Assembly (NCBI GenBank): GCA_944372585.1
Contig: CALVZQ010000005.1
Coordinates: forward strand, 37,279-101,278
Source of the DNA: an uncultured Clostridia bacterium
Lineage (GTDB): Bacteria > Bacillota > Clostridia > Christensenellales > UBA1242
Reading direction: 5' to 3'
Length of the DNA stretch: 64,000 bases
The position numbers were made by a program, and so were the translations under genes. Positions 20,136-29,924 of this stretch are shown here, in pieces (position 1 is the stretch's first letter; every line of letters starts with the position of its first letter). The notes under the pieces are model-generated. The model had not been told where the DNA came from and made no database searches. It saw only the letters and a list, made by a program, of their open reading frames with translations.

Positions 20136-20657
20136 ATGAAAAAACCTGTTTATATTAGATGTCCTAGATGTGAACTCAATTATATTGAGAAAAAAGATAA
20201 ACTCTGCAGTGTATGCAAGGCAGAACTCTCTGCAAATAAGGAAGATTTCATTGGAGATCTTGATTTGGAACTTTGCCCAATTTGCAAAACTAACTACATT
20301 CAACCAGATGAAATCATGTGTGCAACATGTCTTAAAGAGCATCAAGCAGAAGGTGAAGATGCTTCAAACGATTGGGAAGACTATCTCAACCGTGACGAAG
20401 ATGAGGTTGTTTATGATGACGAAGAAACAGGAGACATGGCTTCTGTGACCGATCTAGATGATGAAATCATTGATGACGATTTGGACACCGGAATTGGCTT
20501 TGACGACAGACTTGATGATGGTTCTCTTGATGATTTAGACGATGAATTGGACGACGAGTTTGATGATGATCTTGATTTTGACGATGAAGATTCTGATGAT
20601 GACGAAGAAGATGAAGAAGAAGACGAAGATTCTGGTGATGATGAAGATGATTTTTAA
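20136..20657 (+). CDS. Double zinc-ribbon protein with an extreme poly-acidic C-terminal tail
   Basis: ATG after AAAGGAG. CPRC...CSVC and CPIC...CATC, followed by ~100 aa that are mostly D/E. Confidence 0.6.
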   Translation: MKKPVYIRCPRCELNYIEKKDKLCSVCKAELSANKEDFIGDLDLELCPICKTNYIQPDEIMCATCLKEHQAEGEDASNDWEDYLNRDEDEVVYDDEETGDMASVTDLDDEIIDDDLDTGIGFDDRLDDGSLDDLDDELDDEFDDDLDFDDEDSDDDEEDEEEDEDSGDDEDDF

Positions 20658-20782
20658 TAATCATCTTTTTTTTATTGACAAAACAAAAATATAAATAAAA
20701 CAAAAAAGGAGAGAACTGTAGCCTATTTCAGATAAATAATTTATGAAACTAAATTTTAGGAGTTTCATTTTTAAACGAAGAG

Positions 20783-20818
20783 AAAGAACTCTCGGACAAA
20801 AATGTCCGAGAGTTCTTT
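20783..20818. terminator. Perfect 16-bp hairpin downstream of the minus-strand orphan gene
   Basis: AAAGAACTCTCGGACA-AAAA-TGTCCGAGAGTTCTTT. There is no clean U tract on either strand. Confidence 0.5.
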
Positions 20819-20851
20819 ACTATAAATATTTGAGTTTAAAAAATTTGAGAT

Positions 20852-21427
20852 TTAGTCAAAATAGTTTGCAAATGCTTTATCAAAAGCCAACAATATTTCA
20901 TTAAAAGAAAAGATGTCCTTGCCTGTTCTTCTTAATCTTTGCCGCATAAGATTTTGAATTTCAGCACAAAGATTTTTAGGTTTTGGGCTAAGAATGCAGA
21001 ATGTCATTCCGATAATCATCTCCGTATCATCAAGTGAGTAACCATTTTTCTTCTTAAAACTAGGATTATGCTTATCTAACTCAATAAGGAACTGACGAAG
21101 CTCATTATATGCATCTCTATACCATTCTTCATCCCAAAAATCTTCACTAATTTCTATTGGTAGATTTTGAAAAAACTCGGCATACTTTTCTTCTGGGACT
21201 CTAATATTTTCCAGCGAAGGGGCAATATTTTCATCAAATAAAGAATCACTAAAATCATAGTATCCCATCAGCGTCATAAAATCATAAAACTGCTTTTGTT
21301 TCGCTCTATCCCATTTCACAGCTCTTATAATTGATAGATAGTCACTCACACCTTGACGAAATAATGTGGCAATGATTTCAGCATCCGCTTCAGATATTAT
21401 AAGCTTATCTTCTGTATCTTTACTCAT
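20852..21427 (-). CDS. Hypothetical cytoplasmic, mostly helical protein (191 aa)
   Basis: Long ORF with AAGGAG-like RBS (AAAGGAGCTAATAATG on the minus strand). No motif recognised. Confidence 0.55.
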   Translation of the reverse strand: MSKDTEDKLIISEADAEIIATLFRQGVSDYLSIIRAVKWDRAKQKQFYDFMTLMGYYDFSDSLFDENIAPSLENIRVPEEKYAEFFQNLPIEISEDFWDEEWYRDAYNELRQFLIELDKHNPSFKKKNGYSLDDTEMIIGMTFCILSPKPKNLCAEIQNLMRQRLRRTGKDIFSFNEILLAFDKAFANYFD

Positions 21428-21566
21428 TATTAGCTCCTTTATAATTATGATTTAACATATAGTCATTATATCAAATTGAAAGGAAGAAGACAAGCGGTTG
21501 ATATAGAGAGCTACTTATTGCGCCACGTTGTATAAATTTCGTTTCTTATACATCACTTTTGTCTAC

Positions 21567-21603
21567 TTAAAAAATAAGACATAGCTTCACGTTATGCCTT
21601 ATT
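21567..21603 (-). terminator. Probable terminator of the 1307-aa gene
   Basis: On the minus strand, AATAAGGCAT...ATGTCTTATT (one mismatch) is followed by a T tract. Confidence 0.5.
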
Positions 21604-21671
21604 TTTGTTAAATTACAACTTATTTATATTTCCTATGGTAAATTGCTGTAAATGAATTCTTTTCATTTATA

Positions 21672-24600
21672 TTATTTTTTCTTAGCTCCTTTTTTCTTGT
21701 CATCTTCAGAAACTTTTTCTGATGATTGTTTTTCAGCCTTCTCTTTTTCTTTGTTAAGTTTCTTGGAAACTTTTGCAAGTTCTTTTTGCTTCATTTCTTC
21801 TTTTGCTGCAACTTTTCTTTCAAGACTGAGCAGGTATTCAGGGGAGTTAAGATTTTCAATTTGTTTATTGAGAGAGTCAATCTTTTCAACAATCACGGTT
21901 CTCTTTTGAGCGAACAGTTTGAATTCTTTGTCTGTTTCTTTTGAAACTTGACCTTTGTCTTTTTCTCTTAAATTCAAAACCTTTTGTTTGTGAAGTTGTT
22001 CAAGATTGTCAAGTTCTTTTTGGAATTTGTCAATTGTTGATTTAACTTCAAGGATTTCTTCATCTCTTTGTTTTCTAGCTTTTAGTTTATTTGCGTCAAC
22101 ATTCAAACTTGATTTTCTGTCATAGGTTTCTTTTTTCTTTCTCTCAACTTTTTTGATTTTGATTTTTCTCAAGATGCTTCCAACAACAGCAATTATGATT
22201 GCAAGACCAGTGATAAGTGATGGAATAATAAGCCAGTTGAAGTTGTTATTGTTTGTTGTTGTCTCTTCGTCATTTGTTGTGTCTTCCGTTGTGTCATCTT
22301 CTGTGCTGTCTTCTGTCGATTCTGCATTTGAAGTGAAAACTTTATCTTCGTTGATGTCATAATTTTCACTTTCTATGGTCTCTGTTGCAGTTGTGTATGC
22401 TGTTTCATCAGATTCTTCAAAAGTGATGTCATAAATCACCATTGAGCCTGAAGTTTCCATAGTGTCGCAAACTAGAGCAATATACAATTGTCCTGACGCA
22501 TCTTCTGTTGGGTGGAAATACATTGTGTATGTTTCATAATCATCGTTTGAAACAAGTTCTGTCATGTAATCAAAACCAGTAAGACCAAAAGTTACGCCAT
22601 AAGAATAGTCTTTGTTATTATCAAGTTCCACTCCATCATTGTTGTAATTGAAGTTTGTCTTAAGTTTGAAGGAAAGAACATAATAAGAATCGGCAGTCAT
22701 GTCAAGATTGAAGTTTGACTGGATCACATAGGAGCCAACACCTTGACTTTGAATAAAGAACACATTTTTGCTTTCTTCATCTTCAGTTTCTTTTTCAATG
22801 TAAAATGGACTGCTTTCTGTGAATTTGTCGCCTTTAACAATTCCACCATTAATTGCACTTCCATCGGAACTTGAAACAGACCCGGAATATGCTGGGGTGG
22901 TGGTTGTAGAAAGGTCGTCGGTGATGTTGTTTGTTGGAATGTTGAGATAGAAGTTTGTCATGTCGACAATTCCAAAGATGTCACCATTTCCTTCTGCTGT
23001 GTTAACTTTGTTGTCATATTCAGATGATTCAATTGTTGCAAGTTCAAAGTTGTCAAAGTAAGCAAAACCTTCAACATTTTCATCAGATGTTCCAAAATCA
23101 ATCACGATGTAAACATTGCTTGCGCCTGCGAAAGATTTAAGATAGATTGAATAATCTTGCCATTTCCCGTTTGTTGAAAGTGCTTCAGATTCAAACAATT
23201 TGAAACCATCTTCGCCATATATCGACACCTTGATTATTGCGTTTTGTGAAGAAGTGTTGTAAGTTTTGTATTTGAAATTGAGTTTGTAAGTTCCATTTGC
23301 ATCAACTGAAATGTTTTCAGAAGTAAGTTTTTGCCAAGAACTGTGAATGTTTGCAAGCATCATGATGTTGTCTGGTTCGGTTTTTGAATTTCTGCTGTTG
23401 CCTGGGTTTGCATAGGTTGCCCAGTAGTATGGGTTGTCAATGTCCTCAACACCGCTTGCTTTAAGTTCGTTATATTTTGCCAAATAGTTTTTATATTGAG
23501 AATCTTCTGTGCTTATGACACCATCAAACAAAAGTCCGTCTCCACCTTCAGTTGTCCAGTTTTGAGCAGTGAGTGGATAGTTGTAGTTATCAATTGTCAC
23601 AAGATTGAAGTTTCCATTTGGAACGGTGAGTGTTCCAGAGAAAGAATTCAGTTCAACTTTGTTTGTTGCAGCATCATATTCTTCTGTTGTTGCTTTTTCA
23701 ACTGTGATGTCGTCAAACACAACACAACCTGTTGCGGTTTCATCACTCTTTCCAAGTCCTAAAGAAACATTGATTGAAGAGTTGTATAATGCTCCGCCTT
23801 TGACATAGAATTCAATGACACCATAGTCGTTCACAAAACTGTTGTCGCCATTTGTTGTCACTGCACTGCTTTCTGTTTGAGTTGTCAAAGTGTATTGGTC
23901 TTCTGTGAGGTTGTAGGCGGTGAGTATGTTGTCATTTTCTTCAACAAACATATAGACATTACCGCTTGAAAGTTCTGAAATTTTGTAGTACGCTTTGATT
24001 TTGTAGATCTCATTTGCATTGATGCTTACGTCATTTGATTTAACATTGACATATTCATTCTTTGCCCAAAGACCCAAAAGGTAGTTGTTTGCAGAAAGTG
24101 TGACTTTTTCGTCATCAATTTCAACTTCGCAAGAAAGGTTTGAACCAACAAAGTCATATCCCGTTATGCTTTTGAAATATTCTGGGCTTTTTGAGTCAAA
24201 AACTTGAGCATTTCCGCTTCCAGATTTTTTCCAATTTTTCAAAGAAGAGATATCTTCGTTGTAAATTCCTTCTTCAAAGTCAAAGTTGTTTGTTGGATAT
24301 TCAATGATTTCTTTGTTTCTCAAATCAAGCAAGCTCACGCAATCAAACACTTCTGTTGTGATCTGACCTTTGCTGTTAGTGATTTCTTGAGTGTAATTTT
24401 TGCCAAAGTATGATTGATATGTTCTCCAGAAAGTGTTTTCGCTGTATTGATAAACATGAACGTCATCAAAGAATGCAACACCACTGCTTTCATGCCCAGA
24501 TTCGTTTGTCCCAAGCCATAGATCAAGGGTGACGCTTTGCTCAGAGTTTCCAGTTGCAACGAAGAAGTAGAAAGTTACCCATTCTTTTGATGAAACTTGG

Positions 24601-25595
24601 ACAAATTCTGCTTTGACAGGGTCGCCATTTTCATCGACAAGTCCTGACAAATACATAGAACCAAAAACATAGTCATTCAAAGAGTCATATTCTGTTTTTG
24701 TTGTGTAGTAAGTTGTTCCTTCTGCAACAGTGTAGTTTGAATTTGCTTCGTTGTATGCGATATTGCAAGTGAAGTAGGTTGCACCATTGTTGACATTGAT
24801 TTGTTCGTCATCTTCTGTTCCAGTTTTCTCTATGTCATTGACTGAAACATAGATTGGTGTTCCTTCGTGCATAAATCCGATGTATTCTTCATCTTCATAG
24901 AAAGGTTGAACATCATTAAGAGCTGTTGCAAGTTGTCCAACTTCAGACAAAGTTTTGTGAAGATAGTATGTTCTGCTTTTATATGTGAAAGAGATATATT
25001 CATCAAAACCTTTGTTTTCAAAGACTGTTTTTCCAATTGTTGTGTTTTCCTCAATTTCAGAAAATTCCACATAGGTTGTGTATGAGTTGTAGTTTGTGTC
25101 ATTCTTGAAAGAAACTTGGAAAGAATAGAATGAATTTGCTTCCAAAGAGATGGCACTTGACTTATAACCTTGTCTTGCTGTGCTGTAGGTTGTGGAATCG
25201 CTTGTCTTTGAATTTATCATCAAAATATACTTATCAGTTGCCTTTGCAAGAGGGTTGTTTGAAAGGTGATAAGTTCCAGTCATATAGTTTTGGAAAGTGT
25301 TTCCAGTGTTGATGATTCCAGCGGTTGTTTTTCTGTCACTAAGTTGACCTGTCCAACCAGAGAGGGAAGTGCTGATAGAGTATGTCGAACTGCTTGAGTT
25401 GAAATTGTTGTTTGTCATACTGACTTCTCTCATATAGCCAGAATAATAATTTGCTGATGTGCTTGATGTGCTGTCATCTGCCTTTGCCAAATCGACATCA
25501 TTCAAAGTGTAGGCGAGTCCTGATGCAGACAAAGGGAGAATTAACGCAAAAATAAACATGATGATTTTGCTTTTGATTGTTCTTAATTTTTTCAT
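21672..25595 (-). CDS. Giant (1307 aa) type I membrane surface protein: signal peptide, four CBM/galactose-binding-like modules, one TM segment, 165-aa K/E-rich coiled-coil cytoplasmic tail
   Basis: N-terminal MKKLRTIKSKIIMFIFALILPLSASGLA. Four modules have similar endings: VTLDLWLGTNESGHESSGVAFFDDVHVYQY, INVSLGLGKSDETATGCVVFDDITVEKA, VYIVIDFGTSDENVEGFAYFDNFELATI and LYIALVCDTMETSGSMVIYDITFEES. TM segment WLIIPSLITGLAIIIAVVGSIL, then a heptad-like K/E tail. Confidence 0.7.
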   Translation of the reverse strand: MKKLRTIKSKIIMFIFALILPLSASGLAYTLNDVDLAKADDSTSSTSANYYSGYMREVSMTNNNFNSSSSTYSISTSLSGWTGQLSDRKTTAGIINTGNTFQNYMTGTYHLSNNPLAKATDKYILMINSKTSDSTTYSTARQGYKSSAISLEANSFYSFQVSFKNDTNYNSYTTYVEFSEIEENTTIGKTVFENKGFDEYISFTYKSRTYYLHKTLSEVGQLATALNDVQPFYEDEEYIGFMHEGTPIYVSVNDIEKTGTEDDEQINVNNGATYFTCNIAYNEANSNYTVAEGTTYYTTKTEYDSLNDYVFGSMYLSGLVDENGDPVKAEFVQVSSKEWVTFYFFVATGNSEQSVTLDLWLGTNESGHESSGVAFFDDVHVYQYSENTFWRTYQSYFGKNYTQEITNSKGQITTEVFDCVSLLDLRNKEIIEYPTNNFDFEEGIYNEDISSLKNWKKSGSGNAQVFDSKSPEYFKSITGYDFVGSNLSCEVEIDDEKVTLSANNYLLGLWAKNEYVNVKSNDVSINANEIYKIKAYYKISELSSGNVYMFVEENDNILTAYNLTEDQYTLTTQTESSAVTTNGDNSFVNDYGVIEFYVKGGALYNSSINVSLGLGKSDETATGCVVFDDITVEKATTEEYDAATNKVELNSFSGTLTVPNGNFNLVTIDNYNYPLTAQNWTTEGGDGLLFDGVISTEDSQYKNYLAKYNELKASGVEDIDNPYYWATYANPGNSRNSKTEPDNIMMLANIHSSWQKLTSENISVDANGTYKLNFKYKTYNTSSQNAIIKVSIYGEDGFKLFESEALSTNGKWQDYSIYLKSFAGASNVYIVIDFGTSDENVEGFAYFDNFELATIESSEYDNKVNTAEGNGDIFGIVDMTNFYLNIPTNNITDDLSTTTTPAYSGSVSSSDGSAINGGIVKGDKFTESSPFYIEKETEDEESKNVFFIQSQGVGSYVIQSNFNLDMTADSYYVLSFKLKTNFNYNNDGVELDNNKDYSYGVTFGLTGFDYMTELVSNDDYETYTMYFHPTEDASGQLYIALVCDTMETSGSMVIYDITFEESDETAYTTATETIESENYDINEDKVFTSNAESTEDSTEDDTTEDTTNDEETTTNNNNFNWLIIPSLITGLAIIIAVVGSILRKIKIKKVERKKKETYDRKSSLNVDANKLKARKQRDEEILEVKSTIDKFQKELDNLEQLHKQKVLNLREKDKGQVSKETDKEFKLFAQKRTVIVEKIDSLNKQIENLNSPEYLLSLERKVAAKEEMKQKELAKVSKKLNKEKEKAEKQSSEKVSEDDKKKGAKKK

Positions 25596-25688
25596 ACCTA
25601 ATCCTTTACTATAAGTTTAACTCACATATTATAATACATTTAAGATAAATAATCAAATATTTTTTTTAAAATTATCAACAATAATAGC

Positions 25689-26093
25689 ATGAAAGATACA
25701 AGTTTGGCAAAAAAAGAAGAAAAACAAGAGAAATTGTCAGCAAAAAAGAAGTTGTTGTTGTGCATATGTGGTGCAATAATTGGGTTTATCAATGGATTTT
25801 TTGGCGGTGGTGGGGGCATGGTTTGCGTTCCCTTACTTGAAAAGGTGCTTCATTTGCCAAATAAATATTCACATGCGACAACAATCGTGATAATACTTCC
25901 AATTTCTTTCGTCAGTGCAGTGATTTATTTTTTGAGTGGAAATTTGGAAACAATATCTTTCCTAACGGTCGGAACTGGGGTTGTGCTTGGTGGCATTGTT
26001 GGTTCTTTTGCATTGAAATTTTTGCCAGCAAAAATCATCAGAATAATTTTCGTTTTCATTATGCTCGCTGGGGGAATAAGACTTTTGTTTTGA
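25689..26093 (+). CDS. TSUP (TauE/SafE) family permease, half-size 4-TM unit
   Basis: GFINGFFGGGGGMVCVPLL and four TM segments, with a 25-aa K/E-rich N-terminus. No Shine-Dalgarno sequence. Confidence 0.65.
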   Translation: MKDTSLAKKEEKQEKLSAKKKLLLCICGAIIGFINGFFGGGGGMVCVPLLEKVLHLPNKYSHATTIVIILPISFVSAVIYFLSGNLETISFLTVGTGVVLGGIVGSFALKFLPAKIIRIIFVFIMLAGGIRLLF

Positions 26094-26097
26094 CTTT

Positions 26098-26325
26098 TCA
26101 TTCTTCTTCGGGACAGATTAATTTCAAAAGATACATTATCAAATCCATTAGGCGCAGTCTTATTGTTTCATAGATTTCAATTTCTAGGTCAAGCAATTTT
26201 CCACGTTGCTCCATGTTTAACATTGTTGATAATGCTTGAATTGTTTCACCATAATCTTTTGAATAGACAGTTTCTCCATTATGATTTACATATGCTTGAT
26301 ATAATATTTCTGCAATTTTTTCCAT
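26098..26325 (-). CDS. Small hypothetical protein (75 aa)
   Basis: Strong AAGGAG RBS 6 nt upstream on the minus strand. Predicted helical; no motif recognised. Confidence 0.45.
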   Translation of the reverse strand: MEKIAEILYQAYVNHNGETVYSKDYGETIQALSTMLNMEQRGKLLDLEIEIYETIRLRLMDLIMYLLKLICPEEE

Positions 26326-26522
26326 ATATTACTCCTTTTGATATAATCATACAACACTGAAAAAGATTTGTTTTCCATTATGACAAATTGCCATAAACTC
26401 ATTTAAAACATCTCTCAAATGAAAAATATTTTGTTAGTTTTTACTGTAGTAAGATTATTTTTAGCCTTGCTTGATTCAAATGTCAAAGAATAAAAATAAA
26501 CTAAATTTTCACAATATGTAAT

Positions 26523-26885
26523 ATGATTTATTTTTTCTATATTTTGGCAGGATTTGTTTCTGGAATTTTTGGTGGTCTTGGAATGGGCGGTGGGACTTTG
26601 CTTATTCCAATTCTTTCAATTTTTTTGGATTTTGACCAAAAACTTGCTCAGGGAATCAATTTATTGAGTTTTTTGGTTATGGCAATTTTTTCCATCTACA
26701 TACATTATCGCAACGGCTACATCGTCACAAAAAATATTTTTTGGATAATTTTTTTTGGTGTCATATTTTCTGTTTTGGGGGCAATTTTGATGTCCTACCT
26801 TCCGTCAAAGATTTTGAAAATTATTTTTGGCGTTTTTCTTTGTTGTTTGGCAGTCGTAGAATTTGTAAAAGTATTAAAAAAATAG
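26523..26885 (+). CDS. TSUP (TauE/SafE) family permease, second half-size 4-TM unit
   Basis: GFVSGIFGGLGMGGGTLLIPIL and four TM segments. No Shine-Dalgarno sequence. Confidence 0.65.
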   Translation: MIYFFYILAGFVSGIFGGLGMGGGTLLIPILSIFLDFDQKLAQGINLLSFLVMAIFSIYIHYRNGYIVTKNIFWIIFFGVIFSVLGAILMSYLPSKILKIIFGVFLCCLAVVEFVKVLKK

Positions 26886-26990
26886 TTTACAAAAACACAT
26901 TTTTATGATATATTTATAACGTAAATTTTGATATGGAGATTTCATTTTTGAATCTGTTTTATCAAAGTATTTATTCGTAAGAGGTGGATT

Positions 26991-27161
26991 ATGGTTGATA
27001 AAGAAAAATGTATTGGCTGTGGAACTTGTGTTGCCATTTGTCCTGTTGGGGCAATTTCTTTTGATAAAGATGGCAAAGCAGTGATTGACAAAGCAAAATG
27101 CATTCACTGTGGCTCTTGTCAGGCAAGTTGTCCAGTTAGCGCCATCGATTTAGACAAATAA
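26991..27161 (+). CDS. 2x[4Fe-4S] ferredoxin (56 aa), absent from the ORF track because it is shorter than 60 aa
   Basis: GAGGTGG RBS. My translation is MVDKEKCIGCGTCVAICPVGAISFDKDGKAVIDKAKCIHCGSCQASCPVSAIDLDK, which contains two CxxCxxCxxxCP motifs. Confidence 0.85.
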   Translation: MVDKEKCIGCGTCVAICPVGAISFDKDGKAVIDKAKCIHCGSCQASCPVSAIDLDK

Positions 27162-27187
27162 CAAAGCAAGCAAAAGTGAGGATTTTT

Positions 27188-28669
27188 ATGGAAAATATTG
27201 CATACATTCAACTTAACGAAAGAAAAGTTAAGCTCTTGATTGTTCAAAGCAGAAATGGAAGATACAGAATTTTGGAAGAAGTTGAAAATTATTACGACTT
27301 GACAAACGACATCATCAAAGATTGTCTTTTCAGTCCAAAATCAAAGGCTGACATTTTGAAAATTTTGAACATATATCGTTACACCATTGAAACTTTTAAT
27401 GTTGGGAAAATGATTGCGATTGCTTCAAACATCATCGTTAAAGCAAGAAACTATCGTGGATTTTTGGACGAGATATACACAAACACAGGCATGAACTTTC
27501 TCATTTCAAACGATGACGAAGTTGTCAAAGATGTCTATCTTTCTTGTATGTCTGACATTGATGCTTCAAAGGGGTATATTGTCAACATTGACTCATATTC
27601 AACATACATTTTGAAATTCAACAGAAGAAATGTTGTGGAATATAATGTCATTTCTTATGGATACAGCAACTTGTCGGCTTCTGGCATGAACTTTGCTGAA
27701 ATGACAAATGCTGTCAAGAAAGAACTTAAAAAAGCCTCTCTCATTAAAAGTTTTGAAGAAGATATGGTCTTTGGTTGTGGCCCAAGTTTTATTGATATTT
27801 CAAGAATTGCAAAAAAACTCACAAGATATCCAATCGACATTGACAACAACTATGAACTGACAGACAGTGCAGTTCAAAAGGTGGTCGATTTTGCAAAAGA
27901 TTTGGACACTCAGAAAGTTAAGAAAATCAAAGGCGTTGGTCCAGAAGGTGCAGAAAGCATCAATGGTGGTCTTGCAATCATTAGTGCCATCTACGAAATT
28001 TTGAAGTTGTCTTCAATCAATGTGACAATCGCCAATGCTCTTGAGGGGGTTGTCATCACAAATTTGGTTGGTTCTTCAAATGAAAAATATTCGGACTTGT
28101 TGCAAAACAGTCTGGACAGTTACTATGAATTCAAGAAAGAAGGACTGGCAATCAACAGTCAAGTCTATGACATGGCAATCCTTCTTTTCAAACAACTCAA
28201 AGTTGTTCACAAGCTTCCAAGAATGTATGTCAAGCCACTCAAAATTGCGGCATATATGTTTGATTGCGGGAAATTTATCAATTTCAACAATCATCAAAAA
28301 CATTCTTTCTACACAATTTTGAATGCAAACATCGCAGGAGCAACACAGAAAGAGATTTTGCTTGCTGCTTTTGCTTGCACTTGTCAAAATCTTGACAATT
28401 TCAATTTGTCAGAAATCATGAAATACAAAGAAATTTTGACTGATGAAGATGTTGAAGCAATCAGAAAATTGGGAGTTCTTGTCAATTTGGCTGTCAATTT
28501 GAATGCTTCAAGAAAAAACATCATAAATGACATTGTTTGTGACATTCTCGGAGATTCAATCATCATGAAAACCGTCGTAAGTTCTGATCCATCTTTTGAA
28601 ATCATGCAAAGCATGAAAATTTCTGATGATTTCAAGAAAATATTTAAGAAAAGTTTGCAAATAATTTAA
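27188..28669 (+). CDS. Ppx/GppA-family phosphatase
   Basis: ATG after GTGAGGA. ~490 aa with an ASKHA-like N-terminal half and a helical HD-like C-terminal half, the length and order typical of Ppx/GppA. Motif support is weak by eye. Confidence 0.55.
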   Translation: MENIAYIQLNERKVKLLIVQSRNGRYRILEEVENYYDLTNDIIKDCLFSPKSKADILKILNIYRYTIETFNVGKMIAIASNIIVKARNYRGFLDEIYTNTGMNFLISNDDEVVKDVYLSCMSDIDASKGYIVNIDSYSTYILKFNRRNVVEYNVISYGYSNLSASGMNFAEMTNAVKKELKKASLIKSFEEDMVFGCGPSFIDISRIAKKLTRYPIDIDNNYELTDSAVQKVVDFAKDLDTQKVKKIKGVGPEGAESINGGLAIISAIYEILKLSSINVTIANALEGVVITNLVGSSNEKYSDLLQNSLDSYYEFKKEGLAINSQVYDMAILLFKQLKVVHKLPRMYVKPLKIAAYMFDCGKFINFNNHQKHSFYTILNANIAGATQKEILLAAFACTCQNLDNFNLSEIMKYKEILTDEDVEAIRKLGVLVNLAVNLNASRKNIINDIVCDILGDSIIMKTVVSSDPSFEIMQSMKISDDFKKIFKKSLQII

Positions 28670-28694
28670 CTGTAACACTGTTAAAAGGTTTTTT

Positions 28695-29918
28695 ATGGAA
28701 GAGGAAAAGAAACACAGTAGTTTGAAGGTAGTTTTGTATGTTTTGTTTGCCATAATCACCGTCATTTTGGTGTATTTATTTATTGTTGTTTACTTTTTCT
28801 ATATCTCTCCTTACAACATTTCAATGAAAACTTCCATTTGGCCATTTTTGTCTGATCAAACCATTGGGGAGATGTATCTTGATGCAACGGTTGAGATCAA
28901 TTTCACTGTTGCTGACGAAGTGACTTTTGAAAATGAAGAAAAAAGTGTTGTGGGAGTCAATGTCAGACAAGATGGCTACGTCATTGCTCCATACAATGAA
29001 TTTCGTTCGTGCACTGAAGATACCCAAATCACCATTCTTGCAAATTCTGGAAAAGTTTACAACGGTAAGTTGCTCTTTGGAGATATGAACTACAACATTG
29101 CCATTCTCAAGTGCGAAAATGTGACTTCCGAAGAAAATGTCAACATTCCTTTTGTTTCAATTTCCAATGCAGTGAATTATTCATGGTTTTTTGAGACTGA
29201 TGTTTTGGCAATTTCATCTCCGATGCAAACGAGAACGATTTGGGAAGGAACTGTGAGTGACACAAATCCTTACAATGTCTATAAAGAAATTCAAATTGAA
29301 AACAAATATGCCGTGGATTTTGTCATGGAAGACTGCTATTTGGTGGAAATCTCTGATGTTAATGAAGAAAGTTTTGATGGCGGAGCAATCTTTGACAAGT
29401 CTGGGGGTATTTTGGGTTTGTCATTCACAAAAACTGAAGATGGAAGTTATGTGATTATGCCTATTGACTCGGCAAACCTCTTTTTGAGTGATGTTGTGAA
29501 CGCATATAAGAATGAAGAAAAATATGAAAATGAGTTGATAGACAATCTCATTGGTTTTGACAAGGTGGAACTTCAATGTTTTCTTGACACATCAACATAC
29601 AATTATGGAGAAGAGGAATATTTTTATTTTAACAACACTTGGCAAATTTACACAGATGAAATTGCTGTTGATTTTGCAAATAGCACGACTTTGGGATTTT
29701 ATCTTTTTGAAGATTGGGTGTATGGCGGTGAAACAATCTTAAGCGCTGGAAATGTGATTAGCTCAATCAGTTACAACCATACAACTTACAGTGCAGAACA
29801 AAAAACAATCCTTGTGGAAGGGTTGTATAATACAGATTCTGGTGATGTGATGACTGTGTATTATTACAATATCAACTCTTTGGGTGGAACGGCAAACAGC
29901 GTGACATTCACTGTTTAA
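28695..29918 (+). CDS. Membrane-anchored trypsin-like (HtrA-fold) pseudo-protease
   Basis: One N-terminal TM segment. Collinear with trypsin_2/HtrA blocks but with VIAPYNEF for TNxHV, NIAILKC for DLAVLK and SFDGGAIFDKSGGILGL for GNSGGPL. Confidence 0.5.
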   Translation: MEEEKKHSSLKVVLYVLFAIITVILVYLFIVVYFFYISPYNISMKTSIWPFLSDQTIGEMYLDATVEINFTVADEVTFENEEKSVVGVNVRQDGYVIAPYNEFRSCTEDTQITILANSGKVYNGKLLFGDMNYNIAILKCENVTSEENVNIPFVSISNAVNYSWFFETDVLAISSPMQTRTIWEGTVSDTNPYNVYKEIQIENKYAVDFVMEDCYLVEISDVNEESFDGGAIFDKSGGILGLSFTKTEDGSYVIMPIDSANLFLSDVVNAYKNEEKYENELIDNLIGFDKVELQCFLDTSTYNYGEEEYFYFNNTWQIYTDEIAVDFANSTTLGFYLFEDWVYGGETILSAGNVISSISYNHTTYSAEQKTILVEGLYNTDSGDVMTVYYYNINSLGGTANSVTFTV

Positions 29919-29924
29919 GGAGGC

